A stretch of DNA of 64,000 bases from an uncultured delta proteobacterium (GTDB lineage Bacteria > Myxococcota_A > Polyangia > Polyangiales > B10-G4): the NCBI GenBank assembly GCA_963727445.1, contig CAVSGI010000010.1, positions 544,001 through 608,000 on the forward strand, read 5' to 3'. The translations under genes and the position numbers were made by a program. Positions within the stretch are counted from its first letter, which is position 1; each line of letters starts with the position of its first letter. The notes under the pieces are model-generated. The model was not told where the DNA came from. It was given only the letters and a program-made list of their open reading frames with translations, and did not search any database. Below, in pieces: positions 43,241-52,369 of the stretch.

Positions 43241-43789
43241 TCACGCGGCCTTGGTGTTGGCCTGCGAAACGGCCTGCACCTCGAGCTCGATGGTGACGCG
43301 CTCGCCGACGAGGAGTCCGCCGGTCTCGAGCGCCTGGTTCCAGGCGAGGCCGAAGTCCTTGCGGTCGATCCCCGTGGTCGCCGTGAAGGCGACGCGCTCG
43401 TTGCCCCAGGGGTCCTTGCCCCGGCCGCCGTACTCGGCGTCGAGGACGACCTCCTTGGTGACTCCGTGGATGGTGAGGTCGCCGTAGACCCGAAACGAGT
43501 CCTTGCCCGCCGCTTCGATGCGGCTGCTCTCGAAGGTGAGCTTCGGGAAGCGCTCCACATCGAAGAAGTCCGCCGAGCGGAGGTGGTTGTCCCTGTCGGC
43601 CACGTCGGTGTCGATGCTCGCGGCGTCGATCTCCACGCGGACCTCGGACTTCGTCAGATCCGCCTCGTTCAGGACCAGGGTTCCATTCCACTTCGTGAAG
43701 CGTCCTCGCACCTTGGCGATGACCATGTGCCGGACGGAGAAGCCCACCTGGGAGTGGGTCGCGTCGATCTTCCAGTTGTTCGTTTCCAT
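43241..43789 (-). CDS. YceI family protein
   Basis: WKID..HS.VGF.VRHM, RDNHLRSADFFD, GDLTIHGVT, IDRKDFG. Confidence 0.95.
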   Translation of the reverse strand: METNNWKIDATHSQVGFSVRHMVIAKVRGRFTKWNGTLVLNEADLTKSEVRVEIDAASIDTDVADRDNHLRSADFFDVERFPKLTFESSRIEAAGKDSFRVYGDLTIHGVTKEVVLDAEYGGRGKDPWGNERVAFTATTGIDRKDFGLAWNQALETGGLLVGERVTIELEVQAVSQANTKAA

Positions 43790-43901
43790 TTCGTTTTCTC
43801 CCTTTCGCGAACGCTGAAGAGATAAGACTGTTCCGCTCAGTCGATTAGAGGGTTAGATCTGGATGGACTGTCCCGTCAGCGGGATAGTTTGGAGAAGCGC
43901 C

Positions 43902-44801
43902 ATGGATCTCAACGCGATCGCCATCTTCGCCAAGGTCATCGACGCTGGGAGCTTCGTCGGGGCTTCGCGCGCCCTCGGCATCCCCAAGTCGACGGTCAGC
44001 CGAAAGGTCTCCGAGCTCGAGGAGGAGCTCGGTGCGCGGCTGCTGCAGCGGACGACGCGCACCCTCCACCTCACGGACGCGGGCGAAGCCTTTCATCGCC
44101 ACGCCGTGCGCGTGCTCGCCGAGGTCGAGGAGGCCGAGCGCGCAGTGACCTTCCTGCAGGACGTCCCGCGCGGCGTCCTTCGCGTCACCACGCCTCTCAG
44201 CTTCGGATTCTTCGGCCCCATCATCGGGTGCTTCCTGACGCTCCATCCGGAGGTGCGCGCCGAGATCATCTGCACCGACCGCCTCGTCGATCTCGTGCAA
44301 GAGGGCTTCGACGTCGCGATCCGCACCGGCACCCTCGCCGACTCGTCGTTGATCGCGCGGAGCCTCGGAACGCTGAAGAGCTACGTCGTCGCCACGCCGG
44401 ACTTCTTCGAGGCCCACGGCGTGCCCGAATCCCCGGAGGACCTCGCCCGTTTCGACGCCGTGGTCTTCGGGGTCGGCATGAGCAACGCGACCTGGCGGCT
44501 CTTCGCCGACGGGCAGACCACCTACGTCGAGGTGAAGCCTCGCCTGATCGTCAACGACCCCGAGCTCTTGATCGCCTCTGTCCTCGAGGGCGTCGGCATC
44601 GGGCTCGTGCCCGCCCACCTCTGCGTCGACCACCTGCGCTCGGGGCGCTTGCGGCGTGTCCTCGCCGATTACTGTTCACCGTCGATTCCGGTCTCCGCCG
44701 TCTACCCGAGCACACGCCACATCTCGCCGAAGGTGAAAGCCTTCCTCGACCACCTCTCCGAAGGCATGAACCCGCCCCCGTGGGAGGTCGAGGCGGGGTG
44801 A
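43902..44801 (+). CDS. LysR family regulator (CrgA-like), divergent from the YceI gene
   Basis: GSF..A...L..PKSTVSR....LE..LG.RLL.RTTR; DLV.EGFDVAIR. Confidence 0.95.
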   Translation: MDLNAIAIFAKVIDAGSFVGASRALGIPKSTVSRKVSELEEELGARLLQRTTRTLHLTDAGEAFHRHAVRVLAEVEEAERAVTFLQDVPRGVLRVTTPLSFGFFGPIIGCFLTLHPEVRAEIICTDRLVDLVQEGFDVAIRTGTLADSSLIARSLGTLKSYVVATPDFFEAHGVPESPEDLARFDAVVFGVGMSNATWRLFADGQTTYVEVKPRLIVNDPELLIASVLEGVGIGLVPAHLCVDHLRSGRLRRVLADYCSPSIPVSAVYPSTRHISPKVKAFLDHLSEGMNPPPWEVEAG

Positions 44802-44897
44802 CCGCCCGAACTTCGTCGTGATCCGCAGAGCTCGGAGGACGTCTCCGCGGAGACGTTCCTGCGCTGTCACCGATGCCGTCCACTCAGAGCCGTGGGC

Positions 44898-45809
44898 TTA
44901 GCAGGCAGGACCGAGGGCGGACGGCAAGAAGCGGCTGTCCGAGGCCAAGTCGACGAAGGCGCGGACGCGCGGGGAGAGCTGGCGGCTCGACGGCCAGACG
45001 ATCCAGAGCGCGCTCGAGGGGAGGGTGTACTCGGGTAGGACGCGGACGAGGCCGTGGCCGCTGCTCTCGACGCGCTGGAAGAAGACGCCGATGCCTGCGC
45101 CGCGGTAGACGAGGTCGGAGAGGGTGGCGAAGTCGTTGACGATGATCGCTTCGCGCAGCGGGTAGCGGCGCGGCTCCTTCTCACCGGGGCCGATCAGCGG
45201 CAGGCCACCGCGCATCATCAGCGGGTGCGCCAGGCAATCGTGTTCGAGTAGCTCCTGGGGCGTACGCGGCGCGCCGGCGCGGTCGATGTAGCTCTGACTC
45301 GCGAAGAGCCCGACGCGCTCCTCGAGGAGCTTCTTGCCCATGAGCGTCGACGCGTCGCGGAGGATGGTCGCGTTCGGTCGAAGCGCCACGTCGAAGCCCT
45401 CTTCCACCAGGTCGACCACGCGGTTGGTGAGCGTCACGTCGACGCTCACCGCGGGATGGCGGGCGCGATACTCGATGAGAAGGCCGGTCAGGTTCGACTG
45501 TCGCGCGAGGTCGGGCGCGCACGTCAGCCGCAGCGTGCCGCGCGGCGCGCCGTCGCTCTCTCGGAGCTCCTGCTCCACGTCGAAGAGCTCGCGGAGCGCC
45601 ACCGAGCTTCGCGCAGCGAGGCGCTCGCCGTCGTCGGTCAGCGCGATGGCGCGACCCGAGCGGACGAGCAGAGACACCCCGAGCGCATCTTCCAGCCGGC
45701 TCACGCGCCGGCTCACCGTGGACTTCGGCACGTTCAGGGCGCGGGCCGCCCCGGCGAGCGTCCCATGCTCCGCCACCCGAACGAAGGTCGCGAGATCGCT
45801 CAGGTTCAT
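44898..45809 (-). CDS. LysR family regulator
   Basis: HTH with PKSTVSRR; DLVEEGFDVALR. Confidence 0.93.
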   Translation of the reverse strand: MNLSDLATFVRVAEHGTLAGAARALNVPKSTVSRRVSRLEDALGVSLLVRSGRAIALTDDGERLAARSSVALRELFDVEQELRESDGAPRGTLRLTCAPDLARQSNLTGLLIEYRARHPAVSVDVTLTNRVVDLVEEGFDVALRPNATILRDASTLMGKKLLEERVGLFASQSYIDRAGAPRTPQELLEHDCLAHPLMMRGGLPLIGPGEKEPRRYPLREAIIVNDFATLSDLVYRGAGIGVFFQRVESSGHGLVRVLPEYTLPSSALWIVWPSSRQLSPRVRAFVDLASDSRFLPSALGPAC

Positions 45810-45825
45810 GTCTGAGGTTGCGTGC

Positions 45826-47498
45826 TGGTAGGAAGGATGAACGGCCTCCTGCCGTGGGGCCAGCGGTGGCAGTCGACGTAATCGCTCCTTCTCGGAAACT
45901 CGGGCGTCCGGTGAAGGGGTTGGCTTCCGTGGAGGCTGGAAACCGGACGGTGCATGAAAGGTATGATGGCTCGATCTTCGCCCGCGCGTCGAGCCGCGGA
46001 CGCAGCGCGACGTCGACGACTCGAACGGAGCCGCTCAGGCGACGTCGAAGAAGAGGTCGTCGTCGTTGGGCGGTGCGCGTGCCGGGGCGGGCACGACGGG
46101 CTCTGCCGGGAGGTCGAGGCTCTCGAGGATGCGGCGGATGGTGGCCGGTCTCAGGATTGAGGCGACAAAGCGCATGCGGGCGTGGCACTTCGGGCATTCG
46201 AGCGAGTCGATGTCGAGGCCGCGACGCATGAGCTCGGCCCAGCTCGGGTTGTGACGCTTGCGTTTGGACGTGCTGTGCTTCGGGCCCTTGCCTGGCTCGG
46301 AGGGACGCCCGTACACAACGACCCGCCTGCGCAGCTTCGCGTTGGCCGCGAAGACGCCGTGGTAGAGGAGGAGATTCTTCTGGGGGCGTGGGACGAGGGC
46401 GGCGAGGCGCCCGAGGAGCTCGGTCGGCTCGAAGCTCAGGTGCGTGGTGCCGTCATCGTAGGGGGTCTTGAGGGTGAGCAGCACGCGATCGCCGCGGAGC
46501 TCGATGCGCGACTCCGAAACGGGGGGCCGGAGCAGGTAGCGGCAGATGCGCTCGAGACGTGGGCGGTTCTTGCCGCGCACGGCGGTGTTGGCGTGCAGGT
46601 CGAAGCCGTCCTGGCGAGCGCGGCGGCGGCCGAGGACTTTCGGTGACGTCTTGGGCGGAGCGGTCCGGATGCGGCGCGTGGAGAGAAGTGCCCGCGGACC
46701 GGTGAGCGCGACCTGCTGGATGGCGGCAGCGCCGAGGCGCTCGTGAAGGGTGGGATCGACGTAGTCCGTTCCGTCGTCGCCCTCCCGCCAGACGCCGCGG
46801 CGGATCAACAGGCGCCGCAGACGCGCGACGAGGGTGGTGAGCAGGGCCGCGACCTCCTCGTCGGTCGGGGGCGGCAGACGGTGAAAGCGGACGGAACCAT
46901 CGGACGCCTCGAGGAACACCCCATCCGGGATCAGCGTGTGGAAGTGCGGATTGAGATTGAGCGCGCCGCCGAAGCGCTGGATGACTGTGACGCTGCCGGC
47001 CTGTCCCCCTGGATGACCACGCTTCTTCGCGCGGTCCCGGAGGAAGCCGAAGATCGCCCGCGTGAAGACGGCGAGGACGGCGCGACCGAGCTCGTGGTCG
47101 AAGGCGAGACGATAGCGGAGCTCGAAGGGGAGGCTGAGCACCCATTGCCGCATGCGGACCGGTGGTAGGACCTCGTCGACCAGGTGCGCGGCCTGCGCGG
47201 TCATGCGTCGGCCGCCGCAGGAAGGGCAGAAACCGCGACCCTTGCAGCTGAACGCTACGAGGCGGTCCGTGCCGCACGCGTCGCAGCGAAAGCGCGCGAA
47301 GCCGTGCGCGAGGACGCCGCATTCGAGGAAGCGCCGGAGCTCAGCCTCGACGAAAGCCGGAACACCGACGCCGTCCCGGTCCGTGGTCCGGGTCTCCGCC
47401 AGGAACGTCTCGAGGTGCTCACGGACCGTCTGGTGCAGAGCGGAGCGCTCGCGGTCGCGGCGGGCATACTTCCGCGACGTCGACGAGAGGCGCTGCAC
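45826..47498 (-). mobile_element. ISCR/IS91-type rolling-circle element (terIS end undefined)
   Basis: Transposase plus an oriIS-like sequence GCCGTTCATCCTTCCTACC (minus strand, ~45827-45845) about 190 bp downstream of the stop. Confidence 0.7.
46035..47498 (-). CDS. IS91/ISCR-family HUH transposase with a zinc-binding domain
   Basis: CG...GF....C..C....VAFSCKGRGFCPSCG, HFH (HUH motif), RICRYLLRP. Confidence 0.93.
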   Translation of the reverse strand: MQRLSSTSRKYARRDRERSALHQTVREHLETFLAETRTTDRDGVGVPAFVEAELRRFLECGVLAHGFARFRCDACGTDRLVAFSCKGRGFCPSCGGRRMTAQAAHLVDEVLPPVRMRQWVLSLPFELRYRLAFDHELGRAVLAVFTRAIFGFLRDRAKKRGHPGGQAGSVTVIQRFGGALNLNPHFHTLIPDGVFLEASDGSVRFHRLPPPTDEEVAALLTTLVARLRRLLIRRGVWREGDDGTDYVDPTLHERLGAAAIQQVALTGPRALLSTRRIRTAPPKTSPKVLGRRRARQDGFDLHANTAVRGKNRPRLERICRYLLRPPVSESRIELRGDRVLLTLKTPYDDGTTHLSFEPTELLGRLAALVPRPQKNLLLYHGVFAANAKLRRRVVVYGRPSEPGKGPKHSTSKRKRHNPSWAELMRRGLDIDSLECPKCHARMRFVASILRPATIRRILESLDLPAEPVVPAPARAPPNDDDLFFDVA

Positions 47499-47805
47499 GC
47501 ACGCGGCTCGGCAACATCTGTGCCCGCATCACGGTCAGTGATTGTCGGCAGTTGCGCCGCCGAATCGGCGACCCGCCGCCGCGCCGCCGGCGGACGCCAT
47601 TCGCGAGCCCCGCTCAATACCCCGCGAGCCGATACAGCCGCGCGCAGATCGAGTCGAGTCGTGGATCGAATCGGGTGACGATGTCGGCCGCATCCCCGCT
47701 CGCAAACCAAGAGGGTCGAGCCCCCCCCTCGAACCGGTCGGCGGCGAAGTGCTGGCGAGTGTTCTTGGCGAGAATGCGCGTCGATGCACGCTTGGCCGCC
47801 TCGGA

Positions 47806-48468
47806 TCACTCCTGGCGTAGTGACACGATCTCGCCGCGCCAATACGAAAACTCTCCGTCGGGGAGCAACCAGGCGACCTCTCCCCGGGTCGGCACGTGGA
47901 GCCCATCGAGCTCCGCGTAGGCGTGAAAGCGTCCCTCCCAGGAACGTGGGCCTTCGTCTCCGTGGGGGCGGTTGTCGCAGAAGGTCCGCACGACATCGCC
48001 GGCATCGTCCAAGAAGAGATTGACGTAGGTCTCCGGCTCACCGTGCCAGACGCGTACGGAGCTTTCGGCTCGTTCTTCGTAATGGAGCGCGGAGTTGAAG
48101 CGCAGGGCCCCGGGATTCCACGGGAGCTCGGCGAGGTAGCGCTGCGCCTCCCCCCGATCGAAGTCCGCGCCCTCGCCGTGTGCGACCGGCAGCGCCCCCC
48201 AGATCTTCGCGTCGAGTCGGCCGTGTCCTTCTTCGAACGCATCCTCGACGACGGCCGTCACGAAGGGCGCCATCTTGACGCGCGCATGCCAACAGAAAGC
48301 GACCTCCCCGACGGCTGCCCAGTGCTCGGCGGTGAAGGTCAACCACTTCGCGCCCGGCTTCAGGCGCATCTCGCCGCGCTGCTCGAGGACGACGCGACGC
48401 GCATCTTCCTTCAGGCCGGTACTCTTGGCGAGGAACCTGGCGAGCGGCCCGGGAAGCGTGCGGGGCAT
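47806..48468 (-). CDS. DUF6544/DUF6920-like protein
   Basis: F.W.A.VK..P, D.F..G.G.L, GEA.RYLAELPW.P, VPT.GEV.W. Confidence 0.7.
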   Translation of the reverse strand: MPRTLPGPLARFLAKSTGLKEDARRVVLEQRGEMRLKPGAKWLTFTAEHWAAVGEVAFCWHARVKMAPFVTAVVEDAFEEGHGRLDAKIWGALPVAHGEGADFDRGEAQRYLAELPWNPGALRFNSALHYEERAESSVRVWHGEPETYVNLFLDDAGDVVRTFCDNRPHGDEGPRSWEGRFHAYAELDGLHVPTRGEVAWLLPDGEFSYWRGEIVSLRQE

Positions 48469-48529
48469 CGGCGCTTCTTAGCACGCTCCTGGCGTGACAC
48501 GAGGGACGCGTGACCTCTACTCTCCCAGT

Positions 48530-51344
48530 GTGCGTATCGCGCTCCTCTCGGGGCTCTTGCCCTTTCTTCTGCTAGCCGCGTGCGGGGACGACGGCTCCGT
48601 GATGGACAGCGGTCCCGTGGACGCGGGCCCTGACGCGCTCGACGCTGCGCCCGATGGGGATGCCGGGGTGGATTCGGCAGTCGATTCTGGTCCCGGGAAC
48701 GTGCCCTGCGCGCCCTGTCGCCGAGACGACGACTGTCCCGGCGAAGCGCTCTGCCTGGTGCTCGACGGCGGTGAGCGCGGTTGCGGGCTCCCGTGCACGG
48801 ATGCTTCGGAGTGCGCCGGGTTCGCCTGGGACATGGAGTGCGCCGAAGAGGTGCCCGGCCTCTCCCTTCAGTGCCGCCCCACGGCCGGCACCTGCGTGAC
48901 AGTCGAGCTCGGCGCCGCGTGCGGCAGCGACGCGGCCTGCGCAGGACGCTTCGATCGCTGCGTCGACGCCGATGGGCTCGGAGGGCGCTGCACCAGCGCG
49001 TGCACCGTCGACGCGGATTGCCCGGTCGGCGCTCATCGCTGTCGCGACGTCGACGGCGCGGGTCGCGTCTGCATCCTCGACGGGCTGCCAGCGGCCGAGC
49101 GGTGCGCGGCGCTGGTGCGTGCAGGCACTGCGGAGAGCTGCACGTCGGACGGTGATTGCGCGTCGGGCGCTTGTCTCGCGCTTCCCGGCGGCGACGGCGT
49201 CTGCGCCGTGCCCGCGCCGTGTGTGGCAGGCCCCGAGATCGCTCCGGGCCTCTGCGCGCCTTCGGCGCCAGCCGACGGCCCCATGGGAGCGCTGCTGAGC
49301 GATTGCGCCTGCTACGGCGCCGAGGTGCCCGGATCGCTCCTGGACGAAGCGATCGGCGCCCTCGATCGCGACCGATGCGACATGCATTGGCCGTCGTCGG
49401 TGATGAACCTGATCGTTCCGGAGATCACCCACGATCCCTTCCGCCTCAGCTTCACCGATCGGGTCCTGGGCGACTGGTCCTCGGCTGTGCCCTTCGCCGA
49501 GCAGGTGACAGCGGACCTCGATGCGCCCGACCTCGGCGCCGTCATCGCGCGCGCGAGCGCGTGGATCGATCTCTCGGAGCCCGACGTCACGCCGGTGACC
49601 GCCAGCGATCTCGGCGACGCGCTCGTGCAGCTCGTCGAAGCCACCGGCGCTACGCCGGACCCGACCTCGATCCACGCACAGGCCGACGCCATGGCGCCGG
49701 AGCTCGCCGCGCGCCTCGCGCCCATCGTCGCCGCCGTGCGCGAAGCGGTCGTCGCCCGCGACGCGGCGGTGTCGCGCTTCGACGGCGACCTCGACCGCTA
49801 CTACGCCGGCGCGAGCGGCCTCTTCATCGCCGGCCCCGCCGCCCTCGACCTCCGCCGCAGCGAGGAAAAGGGCGCACTCCTCGGAGACGTGGACGTGGCC
49901 GCGATGACCGCCGCCGCGGCGCGCCTCGCCGCGACGATCGAAGCCGCGGATCTGTCATCAGCCCCAGCCGACGGTGGCGAGCTCACCCTCAACACGCCCA
50001 TCGGCCGCATCGCCGTGCGCGGCGAGACCGACCACGTCTACGAAAACGACAGCGACTGGTCCGAGACCCTGCTCCTCGTCGATCTCGGCGGCGACGACAC
50101 CTACCGAAGCTCCGCGGGCGCCACGGCGAGCGCCAACAACGGCGTCTCGGTGGTCATCGACGTCCGCGGCGCCGACACCTACGGCTACGACGAGGTGCCC
50201 GTGCCCGCCGACGACGGCCCCGCAGGCCACGCGCGCCTCCCCTCGGACGGCGCCGGACGACTGGCGACGCCGCCGCTGAGCCTCTCCAACGTCTCGCGAC
50301 AGGGCGTCGGGCGCCTGGGGATCGGCATGCTCTTCGACCTCGGCACGGATCCGGACAGCTATCGTTCGCTGCGATTCTCACAGGGCTATGGCGCGCTCGG
50401 CGTGGGTGTGCTCTTCGACGAAGGCGGCGACGACGACTACCACGCGGAAGCGGCGGCGCAGGGCGCCGGGAGCTTTCGGCGTCGGCCTCCTCGTCGACGG
50501 CGGCGGCAACAATCACTACACCGCCTATCACATGGCGCAGGGCTACGCTTTCGCGCGCGCGCTCGGGGGGCTCGTCGACCGCCAGGGTGACGACGTCTAC
50601 TTCCTGCACCCGAGCGACGTGCTCTATCCGAGCTCTCAGGACTCCACCGGCTCGAACGCGAGCCTCGGCCAGGGCGCGGGCTTCGGGCGCCGCGCCGACA
50701 TGGTCCCCGACCGCACCTTCATGAGCGGCGGCCTCGGCGTGCTGCGAGACGCCGACGGCGCCGACCAGTACACCTGCGCGATCTTCTGCCAGGCCACCGG
50801 CTATTGGTACGGCACCGGCGTCCTGAGCGACGGCGGCGGTGCCGACCACTACGACGGGCAGTGGTACGCCCAGAGCGGAAGCGCCCACTTCGCGCTCAGC
50901 GTCCTGCTCGAGGGCGGCGGCGACGACGTCTACAACATGACGGCCAGGCGACAGAACGTGACCGACGGCGGCGGACACGACTTCTCTCTCGCCGTCTTCG
51001 TCGACCGAAGCGGCGACGACCTCTATCGGGCGCCGGGTCTGAGCTTCGGCGCGGGCAACGCGGCGGGCACCGGCATCTTCGGTGACGCCTCGGGCACCGA
51101 CAGCTACGACGCCACGCGCGATCTGTGCCTCGGCAACGCCAGCATCGAGACGCCGGGCGACGCCCTCAGGCAGATGGCGAAGACCGTCGGCATCTTCCTC
51201 GAGGGCGACGGGACGGATAGCTACAGCCGGCCCGACGTCACGCCTGTCGCGAACGACGCGATCTGGCGGCAGCAGTGGCACGCCGACGAGCCCAGCGAGG
51301 AAGGCATCGGCGTGGACCGAGCGGCGACGCCCCTCGGTCTGTGA
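48530..51344 (+). CDS. Large lipoprotein with a Cys-rich N-terminal region and DxxGxDxY repeats (frameshifted)
   Basis: Lipobox LAAC; many CxxDxxC modules; repeated D..G.D.Y; an extra T in TTT 50474-50476 splits the ORF. Confidence 0.75.
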
Positions 51345-51356
51345 GCGAACGCCCCG

Positions 51357-52274
51357 TCAGCACGCTGGCGCGATGACGCTACGCTCACCGGCGATATCGC
51401 CAGCCAGCTCCTTGATCGCCTCGGCCACGTAGTCGGTGCGGCTCGTCTCGGCCACCGGACACCGGCGCAGGATGGAAAGGCGCGAGGACGGCATCTCTGC
51501 GAAGGGGACGCGCCACAAGCCCGCGGCTTCGGCCACCAGGACCGGGAAGCAGCCGATGTAGGTGCCGCGCTTCACCGCCTCCACCGCGACGTTCATCTGG
51601 GTCACCTCGAGACCGACGGTGCGGGTCATTCCCATCGGGAAGGCATCGGGGCGACCGCCGCCGGGCAGATGCAACGGGGCGACGAAGGCATGCGCCAGCA
51701 CCTCCTCGGCGCTCGGCGCGTCGATCGCGGCGAGGGGATGGTCTGCCGAGCAGAAGATCGCGTGGCGCACCACGATGAGCGGCTCGACCAGGAGGCCGTC
51801 GGAGTCGACGTCGGCGTCGGTGACCGCGATGTCGAGCTGACCGCGACGCAGCATCGCGGAGAGCTCCTGGTCGCCGAAGCTCTGGATGGAGGGCACGAGA
51901 TCCGGGTGCTCTTCGCGGAGCTTGTCGAAGACGGGCAGAACGAAGATGGATGAAAACGGCCCGGGGACGGAGATGTAAATCGGGCCGGCGAACTGCTCCC
52001 CCGCTGCCGCCTGCACACCCTCGTGGACCAGGCGCATGGCGCGTCGAACGGCCTCGAGGAGGACCTGCCCGTCGGCGTTGAGGTGCAGGTTGCGCCCGAC
52101 CCTGTCGAAGAGCGGGTGGCCGATGTCTTCTTCGAGGAGCCGGATGCTCCGAGAGAGCGCCGAGGCGCTCGCGTTCATCGCCTTGCTCGCCGTGGGCAGG
52201 TGCTGCGTCTCCGCGACCGCACGGAAGTGCGGCAACCAGTTCCAGAGATTGGCAATGCGCTGCGATCGCTCCAT
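51357..52274 (-). CDS. LysR family regulator
   Basis: F.AVAE.....AS......SALSRSI..LE..G..LF.R.GR; GQLDIAV. Confidence 0.88.
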   Translation of the reverse strand: MERSQRIANLWNWLPHFRAVAETQHLPTASKAMNASASALSRSIRLLEEDIGHPLFDRVGRNLHLNADGQVLLEAVRRAMRLVHEGVQAAAGEQFAGPIYISVPGPFSSIFVLPVFDKLREEHPDLVPSIQSFGDQELSAMLRRGQLDIAVTDADVDSDGLLVEPLIVVRHAIFCSADHPLAAIDAPSAEEVLAHAFVAPLHLPGGGRPDAFPMGMTRTVGLEVTQMNVAVEAVKRGTYIGCFPVLVAEAAGLWRVPFAEMPSSRLSILRRCPVAETSRTDYVAEAIKELAGDIAGERSVIAPAC

Positions 52275-52369
52275 CGCGAGGCACCCTGTAGCAGGTTGCG
52301 GCGGAAGTAGTAGTAGGCGAGGCATCGGGGATGCCCGGCTCGTCGTCCCGAGGTACGGTTCGCGGGCTC

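Noticed and set aside
43826..43887. Defined LysR operator
   Set aside because: An imperfect dyad CTGTCCCG-TCAG-CGGGATAG and a related copy exist in the divergent gap, but the spacing is not T-N11-A, so it was left uncalled
47500..47800. terIS or ncRNA upstream of the ISCR transposase
   Set aside because: GC-rich partial hairpins are present, but no boundary or family can be supported from one copy
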